NCBI GenBank assembly: GCA_001643675.2
Contig: LSRY02000035.1
Location: 930,001-994,000, forward strand
From: Monocercomonoides exilis PA203
Taxonomy: Eukaryota > Protista > Preaxostyla
Direction: 5' to 3'
DNA length: 64,000 bases
This document shows positions 21,319 to 35,650 of this stretch, one piece after another. The position numbers were made by a program, and so were the translations under genes. Each line of letters begins with the position of its first letter. The first letter of the stretch is position 1. The notes under the pieces are model-generated. The model saw nothing but the letters and a program-made list of their open reading frames with translations, made no database searches and had not been told where the DNA came from.

Positions 21319-24300
21319 ATGGAAGATGAAGAAAGCATTCATGTTTGCTTTTTTGTGAAACATTAAAGTTTTATTCCTCCTTAAAACGAGGCTTATTTTT
21401 AAAATGTGTTTTGAATGTATTATGCGAGAATTATTATTTCATTGTTTTTGTCTTTTCAAAGTGAAATGAATTATTTCATTCAATACAATTAATGTTATAA
21501 TTTTAATTATGTCTTTGATGGTTTTTATCGCTTAAACACTTCGACAGGAAACAGAATTAGATCAAAAACAAAGATTTCTTGAATTGGAGACTGAAATTAA
21601 AGAAAAAGATATTGAAATTGAAGATTTAAAGGAAGAAATACGAAAAGTTCAGCAAGAAGCTAATGAGCTCAGAGCAAGGACTTGGAGAACGCTTCAAGAG
21701 AGAGATTGCATTGCAGAAAAAGAAATTGAAGTTAGAAAATCGATTCTATCATTTATTCAGGAGCAACGAATTGCTCACGATTCTTCCTTTATGGATGAAG
21801 AAAATGAAGAAGATTTGAATCTCGAAGAAAACAAGGATGATTTATTTTCAACAAGAACTCAACAAATAATTGATCTTTTATCAAATATTTATCAAAATTT
21901 AACGAAAGAATTTCAATCATCGAAAGTACCACCACATTTAGCTTCTCCCTCATTGCCACCCCAACCAGCTCAAAAAATAAACGATCCATGTATTCCAGAA
22001 ATTCAGTCAAAAAACTCTCCACAAGCAAGTTCATGTTGCAGACAATCAGCTATTGACTCTCCTCTGACTTCTTCTCGGATTCCAAATGAAAACAAAGACC
22101 CAACTAGCTCATGTGCACAATGGCCACCGGGACATTCTTCGGAAAAAATGTGTTTTCTGGAGATGGAGGTAGAAGACGCTTGGGGGACTGCTCTGCGCTG
22201 TGAAGAAGAAGCGCGTGCAGCGAAAAGAAGGAGGCTGCAGATGGTTGAAGAGCTGAAGCATATAAACGTTTCGACGAAGGAGTTCTACGAGAGGCAGAAA
22301 AGGAAAGAGAGCGCCCTGATGGATGCGCTTCTCCACGAGACAGAAAGAAGCGAGAAGTTGGAGAAGATGAAGGAAGATGCTGAGATGAAGCTGAGCTCAT
22401 TCAGAGAGAAAATAAAAGAGCAGACTTTGGCCGATCTTTCCTCTTTGAAGCTGGAAATAAAGGATGTGACAGAAGCACTCACGCACATGCAATCCACACA
22501 ATATGTTTCTGACTATATATCTTCCCTCACTTCACCTTCCATTTCGCCACAACACCCCGAAACACCTCATTCCACATCGCTTACCACAGACGTCTGTGTG
22601 CCTGCGCCAATGCCAATGCAATCTCTTATGCCCACTTCATCGTCATCAGAAGATATCTCCAAAAAAGATCAGCCTTTGGATTATGCGACAGAAAATATTT
22701 TTTCAACTTTATCAGATAAAGATTCTTCTGAATCACCTAACATTTCAGAAAATGGAGCTGAATCTTCTCTTCCTTTATCAGCTTCTTCTTCTTCTTCTTC
22801 CACTTCCACTTCACTTTCATCTTCTGCACTTCAGATTAAATCATTTTTATCTCCGTCATTTTCAACCATTCCAACCATTTCATCTGTCCAATCACATCCA
22901 CTTCGCCATTCGCCCGGTCAGCTTGCCTTTTCTTCTCTCTGCAATCTTCTCGGCTCTTCAGCGCGGCTGTCAGCAGAATGCCGAGTTCTCCGCCGCGTCC
23001 TCCGAAAGACACAAGAGCAGCTTGACAGAGAATCAACTGCCCGGCGCCAGCTGCACGATGCGATGCAGACACTGAAAGGAAACATTCGAGTGTTGGTGAG
23101 GGTGAGGCCGATGACTGTTGGAGAAGACAGAAGCAAGAAAGGATTGGCTGAGAAGCAAAAAGGAAGCAATTCAGAGTATTCTTCTTCGACTTCTTCTTCT
23201 GCTTCGTCTTCTGCTGCTTTGACTAACCTGGATGAAGAGATTGAGAATGAGATTATCGAACAGTCAGCTCCTCTCTCTTCGTTTGAATCAGACAGCCAGA
23301 GCATCCTCAAAATAACTGGAGAAGACACAGTCGAGCTGATGCACAGAGACGCACTCTATCTGAAAATTCCTTCATCTTCGTCTTCATCTTCGTCTTCGTC
23401 TTCGGCGAATCAGCTGCAAATACCCCCAAAAGTGTTCCACTTTGACAGGGTTTTTGGGGAGAACAGCTCAACTTATGAGATCTTTCTGGAGCTACAGCCT
23501 CTTGTCACATCGCTTTTGGATGGAAAGAACGTGTGTGTTGCTGCATATGGACAGACAGGCTCTGGGAAGACGTTCACAATGCAAGGAGTGCAGCATCCAG
23601 AAAAAGGGAACCTAAAAAGCATCGGAAAGCGGAAGGAGAGGAAAGACAAGGGGCTGATTGAGCTGCTTGTGGATGAAGTGTGGAACCAGGCAGGAGAGCG
23701 GAAAATGGGGAATGAAATAGCACAGGTGCAGCTGTGGATGAGCATCTGTGAAATACGAAGAGAAAAAGTGTTCGGAATGCTGCCTTCTGACAATGCTGCC
23801 AACAAAGAGCCAAAAGTGAAGCATTCGCCGTTTGCTGCTTTGCCTCCTCTGCCTCTACAGGCATCTTCAACTTCAATAACATCCTCTTTTTCTGGTGATG
23901 GAAGCATTTTGACACAGTCAATTAAAGATTGGCTTCTCAGATGGAACCTCACTGCACAGCCTGTTTCGTCGTCAACAGCTGCACTGGATCTCATCGATGC
24001 TGCTGCCAAACAGCGAAAAACAGCTCCGACGCTGATGAATGCTACGTCTTCACGTTCACATTTTGTATGCTCACTTTTTGTTGCATCGAAAAGAAGAGTG
24101 AAAAAGCAGAAGCAGCCGAACACAAAAGCACCATCTGCACAAAATCAGCAGCAGACAAGCAAAAAAGATGCATCTTCTGAAAAGAAGGATCTTCAGAGCA
24201 TTTCAGACATTTCAAATGAAGAAGAGCAGAAGATAACAAAGGATGCTCTTAATGGTGGATCAGAACAAAACGATGAATGGGACGAAGAAGTCGTGTGCTC

Positions 24301-24862
24301 CAAATTAACGCTGATTGACCTTGCTGGCTCTGAAAATGCAGCACAGTCAGGAACAGAAGGCGCACAGCGGCTGGAATCTGCAGACATCAACAAATCTCTG
24401 GCTGCGCTTGGCTCAGTTTTGCATGCGCTTCAGATACAAACGAAGACTCAAACAAGAAAGACTCAAATATCGCAGCAAATGTCTCAACAAGGCGAAGTTA
24501 AACAAGTTGCAAAACAGCAGGCGTTGCCCAGAATACCATTTAGAGACTCGGTTTTGACGCAGCTGCTGGAAGACTCCCTTCAGATGGGATCAAAAATGAT
24601 TATGTTGATTTGCCTTTCTCCCAACAAAATGAACTACACACAAACACAATTTGCCTTGGAATTTGGTGCAAATGCTTCACGGACTGTTGGACTAAGGAAA
24701 AAAGGAGAACAAATTATTAATTTTAATCCCGGATCAGATTTGATTCTTCAAAATAAAGAACCAAAAGGAAAAGAATGGTCGAAAAAAAGTTTCGAGTTCA
24801 GACCATTGAGCTATCTCGATATATTGAGCGAAGCACAAAAAGGCAAGCAAAATGATGTTTGA
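21319..24862 (+). CDS. Kinesin-14 (C-terminal motor, NCD/KIFC type)
   Basis: N-terminal coiled coil, neck LKGNIRVLVRVRP, P-loop AYGQTGSGKTFTM, NATSSRSH, DLAGSE, INKSL, IPFRDSVLT. Short first exon 21319-21342 splices in frame to 21548. Confidence 0.92.
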
Positions 24863-25181
24863 ACATGCAAAGAAAATAGATAAAGACAATTGAGACAAAT
24901 TTTTTAGTTTTCTGAATTTTGTTCCATCTGTCATTTTTGACTTTTTTTTTAGTTATTCAATAATATTTCAATATATTTTTGGATGATAAAATCGGATTTA
25001 TAATGATTTAATTGCAGAAAAAGTTTGAAACATATCTTTGATTTATTCATAAAAGAAAAAAATTTGTCACAATTTTGTACTTATTGGATCTAAATAACCA
25101 CAGTTGACTTTTCAATCCACTCATTTTTTTTGAACCGCTGTTTTTGCTCCGGTTTTCATTGATTCCAAATTAATTCGCAGA

Positions 25182-26105
25182 ATGACCGACATGTATTCAG
25201 AATCGGAATCATCTAGCGAAGACTATTGGATCAAATCTTGGATAAGCGAGCCAAAAAATTATTTTCTTGTTAGAGTGCCTCAGTCATTTATTTTAGATGA
25301 GTTTAATCTATTTGGACTTTCAAGATATGTTTTCCATTGCGAAGAGGCACTTTCAGCCCTTTTAGACGAAGAAGATGAAGACAGTGAATCTGATCTTCAA
25401 TTAATTGATCTTGAAGCGCAAAAACTTTATGGATACATTCATCAACGATTTCTTACAACAAGCGCTGGCCTTAGAGAAGTGAAATATAAATATAAGAAAA
25501 AGCAATTTGGAGTATGCCCTCGTCTCAGTTGTTGCGACCAGCCACTTCTTCCATGTGGACTCTCAGAAAGTTTTGGAAAGGGAACCGTTCATGTGTTTTG
25601 CCCTCGTTGCGAAAATGTATATTTTGTTTTAAATCGTGAGAAAGGAGGTTTGAGATTGATTTTTGGTATATTATGAAAATATTTGACCTTTATTTTCTTT
25701 AAAATATTTTTATTTGAAAAAAAAATGTATTTTTCTTAAGTTATTGATGGAGCAAATTTTGGTCCAGCATTTCCTCACTTATTTCTCATGACATATCCCG
25801 AATATCGTCCAGACACCAGTGAAAAGAATGAAACTGGATTTGAACCAATTGTGCAGTCTCTTCATCTGCTGAAAACAACATACATTCAACAAATAAGAGC
25901 TCAACAAATAAGAGAAGGAGTTCTGAGAGAGACATTTTTGAATAGCGATGAAACAGCACACGTTACACCATTTCCATCGCCAGCATCTTCGACATCTCCG
26001 TTTGGGTATCATACAACCGATAGCGGAAAAATAGATTTTGGTGAGTCAGAATCTTCATCAGAAAGTTTCTCAACAAGTTTTTCATCATCATTCCCAGATC
26101 ATTGA
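25182..26105 (+). CDS. CSNK2B: Casein kinase II regulatory beta subunit (divergent)
   Basis: WI.....KNYFLVRVPQSFILDEFNLFGL, LYGYIHQRF, zinc finger CPRLSC...CPRC, IDGANFGPAFPHLFLMTYPEYRP. One intron at about 25648-25740. Confidence 0.9.
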
Positions 26106-26976
26106 CAGCTGAATATACATTGTGGCTAATATGAGGTTAGAGTCAAACACAAATCTAATGGAATTCTTGCCTCTCCTTCCTTTTTTTATTGAACATTAAA
26201 GTGCAATGAATTGTTTTATGTCGTCGTGAAATTGATGAGCCTTTCGGAAAGTCATTTGAATGCTTCTCTTTTCCATGTACTTTCTTTTTGTATTTAGCCT
26301 TTTCTTGTACTTTTTATTTATTTATTTTTTAAATAATTGCTTAGAAATAAAAATTATTTTAATTTCCTTTAAATCTGTTTAGTTTTTTTAAAGAAGAAAC
26401 ATGATTGAGTATTCTAGTAACAGTTTTTCGAGATAATTGAAAAATGTCTTGAGCACCAAAATGATGCTTGCTGATATGGGGAAAGAACGAAAGCAAAATA
26501 GAAATCATTGATTAATAAAAAAGAGACGAAAAATACAATTTTGAAAAATATCAATGAACGAATATTCATACACGATGAATACAAAAATCATATAAAATGA
26601 TAAATGCCTACAAAAAGGCAAAAGTTACGTTCAATAATCAAATTGCCAAACAAAAATGACAAAAAAATAACTTGTAACAACAGATTTGTAGATGTATGTA
26701 TAAATAAGGATTTCAGCGTAGTTCAAAGAAAGGTAGTTGAAATAATACACATACAAACGGACATGCAAAATCTAAAAAGAAGACAATCCAATGCATTTGC
26801 TAAAGAACACATTGAAGAGCAGTGAAAAAAGAGGAAATAACAAAAAGAAAGATAAAAAAAGAAAAAAAAGAAGATTCGTTCTCTCTGATTTGAATATTAT
26901 AACAAAAATATTCACTCATTTATTCACTCACTCCTTCATTCATTCATTCGTTCATTCATTCACATTCTAAACAGCA

Positions 26977-29900
26977 CTAAAGATCCATCAACAGCCCGGT
27001 TCCATAGAAGATAGAGTTGATGAGAATATAACAGACAATTGTGACAGTCCCACCGTATTTGAAGTAGTCGCCGGGTGTCAAATATGGCTGGTGGTTGTCG
27101 TCCTCCACAGCATAACAGCACATGTTGGGGAACGACGCAACTGTCAGAAGCATCGGAGGAGACACGTGGAGTGCACACGCCATCAGCTGTTAAGGAAAAA
27201 TAAAAAATGATGAAAAAACAATAATGTAAATTTTTAATATAAAAATTATTTAATTTATTCACAGTTAAGATGAAGCAAATAATCAAAAGAGATGCATACA
27301 ATCAATTCAACATGGAACTGTGAACCAGCAATGATAGAGTTCACAATAGGGATCAGAACAATCGCAGCCACCGTGTGTGACACGAATATTGAGATGAATG
27401 CCACGACGAGTGTGAGGATGAGCAGCTGCACGTAAATGTTGAGCGTGCTGAAGGAAGGGCCAAAGAGCTCTGAGATCAGTTGCAGCAGCTGCGACGACTT
27501 GATCGACTCGCCCAGTGCTCCTCCGCCGAGCACAAGGAGAATCATATTCCACGGCAGCTGTGTGATGTCTGTGCGGGGCACGAGATTGAAGCCGAAGAAG
27601 ATGCACAGCGGGATAAGCGCGACAATAGCCTCGTTGCCTAAGAAAGGAGCATAGCTGATGATGAACCAGAAGACGATGGTGACAACAGACACCACTGCCA
27701 CCACAACCTGCTTGATTGTCCATTTGTGACTGGAAGGTGGAGTGAAGGGCACTTCTTTGATGTCTATTTTGTAGAAGCACCGCAGAAAGACTACGCAAAC
27801 AATTGTTGACACCACAGTTACCGGAAGCGCTCCAATGGTCCTGCGAATGGAAAAAGAAATATTCATAAATTAATAAGCAATTTCATATTTATATATATCA
27901 TAACAGTAAATTTATTATTTATTTTTATTAATCAAAAAAATGATACATACCATTTTCCAAAATCAATCTTTGAGTGATCGTTCATCGCCTTGTTGATGGC
28001 TTCCAGCCCAACCATACTCTGCGGCGATGCAAGCGGTGTTGCCATGCCAGCCACATTGCCTGCCATTGCAATCGACAAAAGAAGCATCTTCGAAAATCCA
28101 CCGCGCACTGGAATTTCTCTGAGCACAGGCAGAATAAGTGAGATGATCAGAACAGTTGAGGAGATGTTGGAGATGAACATCGTCAGAAGATACTGCAGAA
28201 CAGTCACAATAATCAGAAACACGACAGGTTTGCGTGCGATTTTGAAGTGTAAGACAGCTGTTGCGATCTTCAGATCGAGTCCCGTGTGTGTCATGGCCAG
28301 TGCAATTGCATAGCCTCCCATTGCCAAATACGGTGTGTTAGAGATCGTCGATGTTATCAATCGTGTTGCATTTTCCTTCCAGTCTCCTTGCAGCACATTC
28401 ATTACCTGCGCCAGAAACGGAATAAACAGAGCAGTGACATGTGTCGGTAAGGCGTCTGTTGCCCACAAAATGGATGCCCAGATGAGCAGACCGAGACAGC
28501 GCATCTGTTTCGCAATGTTGTCCTTCCACGGAAACACGCCCATCACAATCAGCACCACAAACGAGATGATGACCCAGTGGTACTTCACGTGGAAGTACGC
28601 TGGCGACGGCGCTTTCCCAGTGGTGGACGAACCAGACGTCGTCTTCTCGCTCTCTTCTTCCCCAATCATCTGCGTGGCTGAGCCCTTTCCTGGAGTCTGC
28701 GCCAAGTCCACCGGAGTCATTGGCCGCACACCCATCTCTTCGCCTCTCGCAAGAAAGCGGTTGCGCACATCGATCAGCTCGCCTTTGCCTTGAATTGTGG
28801 ATATCTGAGCACGCTGGCGGAAGGCGGCATACTCCCCAAGAATGGTGTTTTTCTTCCACGCAACCTGCGCTTCAGTTGAACTGCGGATATCAAACAGTAA
28901 TTCTTCTTGCAGCTTTTCTTTTTCGTCTGGCTCCAGCGACATCTGACCAAGCAGCTTCGGGTTTGTTGCACCTGCATACTTCACAGAAGAGAATGTGTCC
29001 ACATACAGCTGCTGGATCTGCTCAACAATCGCACTAATTGTAGGTAGCGCATCAAACTCTGCGCGCTCTTCTTTCTCCATTTGCATTTTCTCATCTGTCA
29101 CAAGAGAAGAAATCGAACCTGTTGCAGGATCGTCCACAGACACCATCTTTTCAAGCTTTTTCAGAATCTTCCGAAATCCCTCTTTATTTACAACAACAAA
29201 ATTCTCTATTTCTGTGCAATCTACAGAAAGATCAAGAAAGGCTCGCTTCAGCTCTAACACAGCTCCCTTTGTTGGTGCTGTGGCTGCAGCGCGATTTTTG
29301 ATCTCACTTACTCGAGCAAATACAGCGGCCATTGCTTCTTTGCAAAAGGCTATAACTTTATTTTTTTCTTCTTCAAACAGAGCGCTCCATTTTGCAACGC
29401 AGTCATGTAACGAAACCATCGACACAGAAAATGATGATGAAGCAGGCATTGCTTGATCACTGCTGGATGCAGACTGAGAAGTCGAAGATGTTGTAAGGAT
29501 TGATTCCATCTGAGCATCATTGTCCTCTGTTTCTTCTGGTTCGTCGTGTAATAGTGTTGTTGGTGATGATGAAGGATCAATTAAGGATTCTGAACGAACT
29601 TCTTCATCTCCCTCAAGAATTGGAGGTGAAACATTCTCTGAATCCGGCTCTACCCTCACCATTGGAATAAATTTCGTATTGTCTCCCATCCCTTCCTCGG
29701 CTTCAGGAGGGGCACTCGAGATTCCAGTTGTTTTACGAGGTTTATGAGTTTGGATAACTTCTGGAACGGATGTACTTAAATCATTCTGATCACTTTGTAA
29801 AAATCTTTTATTTATATAAGGAGCAAATATAGTTTTTATATTTTTTTTCAAAAGTTTGTACTATTCATTGGAAAAATATCAAAAAAATGAAAAATTGGAA

Positions 29901-29977
29901 ATGAGATGAAATACATTTATATAATGTGCCTTCCATCTGTCCACTGCTATAAACTGCAATTGTCTACTAAATTTCAT
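26977..29977 (-). CDS. SPX-domain SLC13/DASS low-affinity phosphate transporter (Pho87/90/91-like)
   Basis: First exon MKFSRQLQFIAVDRWKAHYIN splices to YKLLKK (SPX start). NKEGFRKILKK, LWATDALP, MFISN, GMATPLASPQ, FVSHTVAA and SFPN permease motifs. About 3 introns. Confidence 0.9.
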
Positions 29978-30181
29978 GTTTTATATACTCTATCAAATTC
30001 CTATTAAGAAAAAAACGAAATGAATGATAATTGTGAGGTTTTATTCCCATCATCTTCCCCATTATTTTGAAAAAATATGGGTGTATAAAACATGGAGCAC
30101 AAAAAATTCTAATTTTAATTTGCGTTAAAAAATTATATTTATTTAACAAAAAATTAATTTATATGAAATAAAATTGAATTT

Positions 30182-31830
30182 TCATTCGTATTCTTCGTCG
30201 TCATCTTCTTCCTCATCTGGATCAGCATCTTCTTGATAATCTTCTTCAGGTTCTTCATCCGGTTCTTCATCTTGTTCCGCATCCATCTGTTCTTGTGATT
30301 CCTCTCGTTCAGTTGACCCCAGAATTGAATCTTCTTGTTCATTAGCTTCCTCCTGTTCTGTCTCATCTCTAGATTCTGGCTCGGCCTCTGCCTCAGCCTC
30401 AGCCTCAGCCTCAGCTTCTGCTTCTGCTTCTGTCTTTGCTTCAGCTTCGGCTGCTTCTCTTTCCAAACGCTCTTTCTCCTCCTGAAACAGATCATCAGTA
30501 GTAAAATCAATGGAAAAAAAAAAGATTATAAGATTCACATGAAATCAATTAAACAGGCAAACCTCCTCCTTACGTCTTCTTTCTTCTTCTTCTTCTTTTC
30601 TTCTCAACTCTTCCTGTTCCTTTTCTTCTCTTATTCTTTGCTCCTCCTCCTCTCTGATTCTGTCTTCTTCTTCTTTCTTCAATCTCTCTTCTTCTTCCTT
30701 CTGCAACCTCTCCTCTTCCTTCCTTTGCCTTTCCTCTTCTTCTCTCTGTTCTGTCATTTCTACAGCCATTTGCAGCTCTTCATCTGTCACTTTCTTTCCA
30801 TCCAGTCGATCCAGCGTTGGAATATGCGCCAGCACCTCTATCCGATAGTTGTCTTCCAGTTCTGCTGCAAATGGGTTTCCGAGCAGTTTCAGATGCCTCA
30901 GACGCGGAAGAAGCTCGAGCGAATCAAGCTCTTTGATATCGCTTATTTTGTTGTGTGATAGATCCAACTCAACTAAAGAAGAGAGAGAACCGCTGGGAAG
31001 TGAAGAGAAATTTTCGATTTGATTATATGACATGTTAAGACGCAAAAGATTTTGACAAGAAGTGAGTCCAGAAAGATCGGTTATAAGATTGCCAGCCTAT
31101 TTCAGTAAATTTCACAACAATTTTTTTTTTAACAGAATTATTTGTTCGCTTCAAAAAATGAAAAAAAAAATTAATGCAAACCAAATCCAACTCTTCAAGG
31201 TTTGGATTGAGGCCTTCGCAAGTTGTAAGGTTATTTGCTCGAACCTCCAAAAATCGAAGTGGCATTGTCGGAGGTGATAATCCAGAAAGTTTATTTATTC
31301 GATTTCCATTCAGATTTAATGATGATAATAAAGGATGAAGAAATGAATCTTCATCAAGATCTTCTATTCTATTTTCACTTAGATTTAAAACTTGAAGAGT
31401 GGGACGTTTTGCAATAAATGGATTTTTTATTCTATTTTGTGACAAATCAACGACAACAAGATTGTTTAAAAGTCCGCCACTCAAAGGACTGATATCTTCA
31501 ATTAAATTTTTTGAGAAATTGATAAATCTTAAATGTCTGTAATTCTCGATAACATCAATTCGTTCAATTTTCATATCAGGCATTGACAATTTTGTATAAG
31601 CTTGAGACATTCCCTCTCCTGAAACAATTTTTCAACGCGTAATTAATAAAAAATTTGAAAAATGAATCATGAAAAATATTCTTTACAAAATTAAAATTAA
31701 AAATGCAACAAATACCAGTTCTTTGTAGGTGAGATAAGCAAACGCCAATCATTTCTGCAGTAAGTGGAATTCCTTTCTGCTCAATTATGCGCCTCGGCTT
31801 TTTTGAGGTTTCATCTAAATTATCGCTCAT
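30182..31830 (-). CDS. LRRC23: Leucine-rich repeat protein 23 (axonemal radial-spoke associated) with an acidic coiled-coil tail
   Basis: PLTAEMIGVCLSHLQRTG|EGMSQAYTKL...ENYRHLRFINFSKNLIEDISPL parallels the LRRC23 N-terminus. SDS22-like LRRs, LRRcap YRIEVLAHIPTLDRLDG, E/R-rich and EAEAEA tail. Three introns. Confidence 0.75.
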
Positions 31831-32052
31831 TAACGAAAATGAGGCACTTTTTCTTTTATTCAAACGAATACCCTTAATTTATATTTTTTAATTAAAATTT
31901 TTAAGAGAACGAATGTAGTGTTCAATTTTCTTAAAATTTCGTATTTATTAATTAAAATTGATCTTTAATTGATGAAATCTCTTGAATTTCATCAAAAGTA
32001 TTGTTTATTAAAAAAACTGATTATAATAGTTGATTTTCAACATCATAATTTT

Positions 32053-32745
32053 TCAAGTGAACGTATATATTCTTGAGCAAACATCTCGGGCAATCCACGC
32101 AAATCCTTCTGAAATTCCTTCACCTGTCATAGCAGATGTAGCCTCAATGTGCCAACTTCGACCTTTAACAATCTCAGTAAGATTCATTTCCTTAATAATT
32201 TGTTCGGAAGTCATTGCACCATGAATATCTTGTTTATTTGCCAATAATAATAAAGATGCACCTGCAAGCTTTTCAGCTTTCAAAACTTTGCTTAGTTCAG
32301 TTATTCCTTCAAAAAATCGTGAAGGATCTGTACTGTCAATAACCCAGATAATCCCTTCAGTTTTTTCGAAATAATTTCTCCAATATGGCCTAATAAAAGA
32401 TTGCCCTCCAATGTCCCAAATGTTCATCTTAATTCTTGAAAGTGTTAAATAAAAATTTCGATAATAAACATAAAAAATATCAATTGCATACTTATCAAAC
32501 ATAAATGTTTCAATTTTAAATCCACGAGTTGGACTAACTTTGCTTGTATCTTCTTTTTTCAATTTTTTCATAATTGTTGTTTTCCCTGCTCCATCAAGAC
32601 CACTTTAATGTTTTGAAAAAAATAAGACAGTTTTGATAAAATCTGATATCTTATTTCAATGGCATATTGAAAATGCACACATAAGTAGAATTCGCATCTC
32701 TCTCTCTTTCAGCTTCAACTTTCTAAGAAAAGAAAGCAATCCCAT
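32053..32745 (-). CDS. ARL2: ADP-ribosylation factor-like GTPase 2
   Basis: [72 protein letters not shown], SAMTG. Two introns. Confidence 0.9.
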
Positions 32746-33010
32746 TTAAAAATTAAGTTTATTATAAATAATCTTATATAAATGATCAAAATAACGTTGG
32801 TAAAATTGTTAAATAAAGTTTTTAAATATATTATTTAAAATCAAATGTGCATTGGATAATTAATTTGTCTGAACAAAGAATAAAAAAATATTCGGTGCAA
32901 GTTCCACAACTATATTCACTTTTCACACAATATCTCCTAATAATCTTCCTTTCATAACTCTATCTCTCAAAAGTTGACAGTCAACATCACAACGTAATCG
33001 CTGAGTCTTT

Positions 33011-34868
33011 TTATGCTGACATGTAAGAATCAACAGCGATTTCATCGGGAAGTGGGGTGATGGAAACTTCAAAACGAGCTTGCACTCTATTCAAAACTTC
33101 CATATCTTCAGTGGTTGATGCAAATGTGATTGCAAGACCTTTTGTTCCAAATCTTCCTGCACGTCCCACACGATGCAAGTAGCTGTCGGAGTTGTCGGGC
33201 ATGTCGTAGTTGAAAACGATGTTCACACGTTCAATATCAATACCTCTTCCAAACACATCAGTTGCAACCAAGATACGATGTTTGAAGTCCTTGAATTCCT
33301 GATAACGCTTTGACCTGTCAAAAAAGAAAATACGCCAAAGGCATTAAGAGGAAAAAATACAGTACAAAATAAATAAGCAGAAGCGATATTATAGATTTTA
33401 AGTTTCAGTTGAAGTCAATTGACAACATATAATAATACAATTCAACAAGAAATTAGAAGCATTCAGTCAATTCAAAAGTATCATTCAAGATGAAGATGGA
33501 GAAAGATGGAAAGATATTTATATGATTGAAGATGTCAAGACGAAGAAGATGAATAATAAAACATTTATAAGAAATAAAGAAAGATCAGTTTAAAAGAACG
33601 TATAAACGAAACTGAATAATTCATAAAAAAAAATTAACCTTTCTGGCTGTGGAAGTCTTGAATGAATAGCAATTGATGGGAATCCGTATTCAGACAGCAA
33701 TCTGTTCAGCTCATCTGCGCGTGGGCAAGATTTCACAAAAATGACAACTTGGTTGAACTCGAGTAAGTCCAGCAAATCGATCAACTTCTTGTTTTTCTCT
33801 CTTTCCTCCAGCTTCACAAAATGCTGCTGCAGTCCATGGAGCGTCAGTTTGGACTCGTCATCTACGAAAATCTCCATTGGATCCTTCATAAAGTTCCTTG
33901 CGGTGGGGCGGATTTCTGCTGGAAGTGTAGCAGAAAACATCATCACTTGCTTCTGAACAGGCGTGTTCACAAAAATCATTTGCACGTCTTGGCGCATGTC
34001 TGGAGTGATGTGGAAAAGAGGAATCGGAACATCATGCGAAGGATGATGAAAAGAAGGTAATACGAACCAGCTTTTTCGAGCATTTTATCGCACTCATCAA
34101 GGATGAAATGTCCAACTTTCGAAAGATTCAAATGTTTCTTTTGTACTAATTCGAGCATTCTCCCTGGAGTACCGACAACAATGCACGGTTTGATATCTTT
34201 AATCCTTTGTATATCTTGGGCAATCGGAATTCCTCCAAAGAATGCACATGTATGTACATTTGGGAAATGTTTGCTAAAGCGTTCAAATTCATTGCTAATT
34301 TGAGTTGCAAGCTCCCGAGTATGGCATAAGACAACAACTTTAACATCCTCAATTGGATGATCAGTATCAAGTTGTTGCAATGTGGACAAAACAAAAACGG
34401 CTGTTTTACCCATGCCTAAAAATTTTAATAAAGTGTAAAATAAAAATAAACATTCAAAATAAATGTGACAAACCAGATTTTGCTTGACACAGAATATCAT
34501 TTCCAATCATGGCTTGTGGGATGCATTTCTGTTGTACTAAAAAATGAAAGAATTGATAGCAACTGAAATTAAAATATTATCCTACCATCAGAAGGATGCT
34601 CAAAGCCAGAATCGGTGATGGACTGCATCAACAAAGGTTTCAAAAGAAAGTCTCGAAACCCTGCAGCGTGAATACTTGCATAAGTACCTCTTGAAAAAAA
34701 CGAAAATCAAGTTAAAAAAACGGGAAATTGCAGTTGAACTCAACAAGATCGAAAACAAGTTGCATGCTTGCTAGGTTCAATAGATGGATCTATTGTTGAA
34801 GGTGCAGGTTCGTCCTGTTGATCAGTTGCAACTTCTTCATATTCGAAAATTTCTTCCTCAGCTGACAT
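33011..34868 (-). CDS. DDX39B: DECD-box RNA helicase UAP56/Sub2
   Basis: [94 protein letters not shown]. About 5 introns. Confidence 0.95.
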
Positions 34869-35650
34869 TGATAAAACAAACAACGGTTCCGATCATCAAT
34901 GATGATCATACCATACTATATGAAATTTCTTATGAATAATTTCATCATCAATTAAGAACATATGAGCAGGTTACTTGAAACATAAAAAACTGCAATTTGT
35001 AATAAATGCATGTAGATGTTTGGGAAATGTGAAACAATTGACATAACTTTGCAACTATTCGAAATTTGAAACTGCATCTTTATCTGTTTTAGATGCGTTG
35101 ACATTAACTCAAATTTTGCAAATGCAAACTTTAATTTTGTTATTATTTGTCGCTTTTCGCTTTGTACTTGTTTTGGAGTTCATTAAAAATTTTTATCGAA
35201 CATTTTTCTTCAAAATGAAAATTTTTTTGTTAAACCGTTCTTTATACTGAAATTTTTAATAGAACCGAATATTTTTTGTAAATATTAACTTTTCGGGTTG
35301 GTAATTTCCATTTTGAAAATTTTAATTTTCCTTCATTGATTTTAAAGTATTTTTAATCTTTTTGTGTTGGTTATCAAAAATTCAAAAGAAAATAATTGTA
35401 TTTTCATGTTATTCAAAGTTGTGTTTTTTGAAATTTATTTAATGTCGAAATAAATTGAAAAAGCGAATCATTCCTCATGAAACACATGACATATTTAAAA
35501 ATATTTCGTCATTAAAAGATGAGGGTATATTTGGTAAAAAATATCAACTCCAAGAGATGAAAAATCATTTAATTCGTTATTAGCGTTTTTTTGATTCAAA
35601 TAATGGAACTTTATCAATATTATCGAATCCCAATATAATGGAAAATTTTT

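Noticed and set aside
26911-26965. (TTCA)n-like tract
   Set aside because: Short degenerate microsatellite in a 3' UTR with no further structure.
18053-32745. Apparent cluster of flagellar/microtubule genes (WDR92, kinesin-14, LRRC23, ARL2)
   Set aside because: They are interspersed with unrelated genes on mixed strands, which is expected by chance in a flagellate.
34885-34960. TGATGA box C-like motif with small hairpins (possible C/D snoRNA)
   Set aside because: No properly placed CTGA box D or terminal stem. It lies in the UAP56 upstream region.
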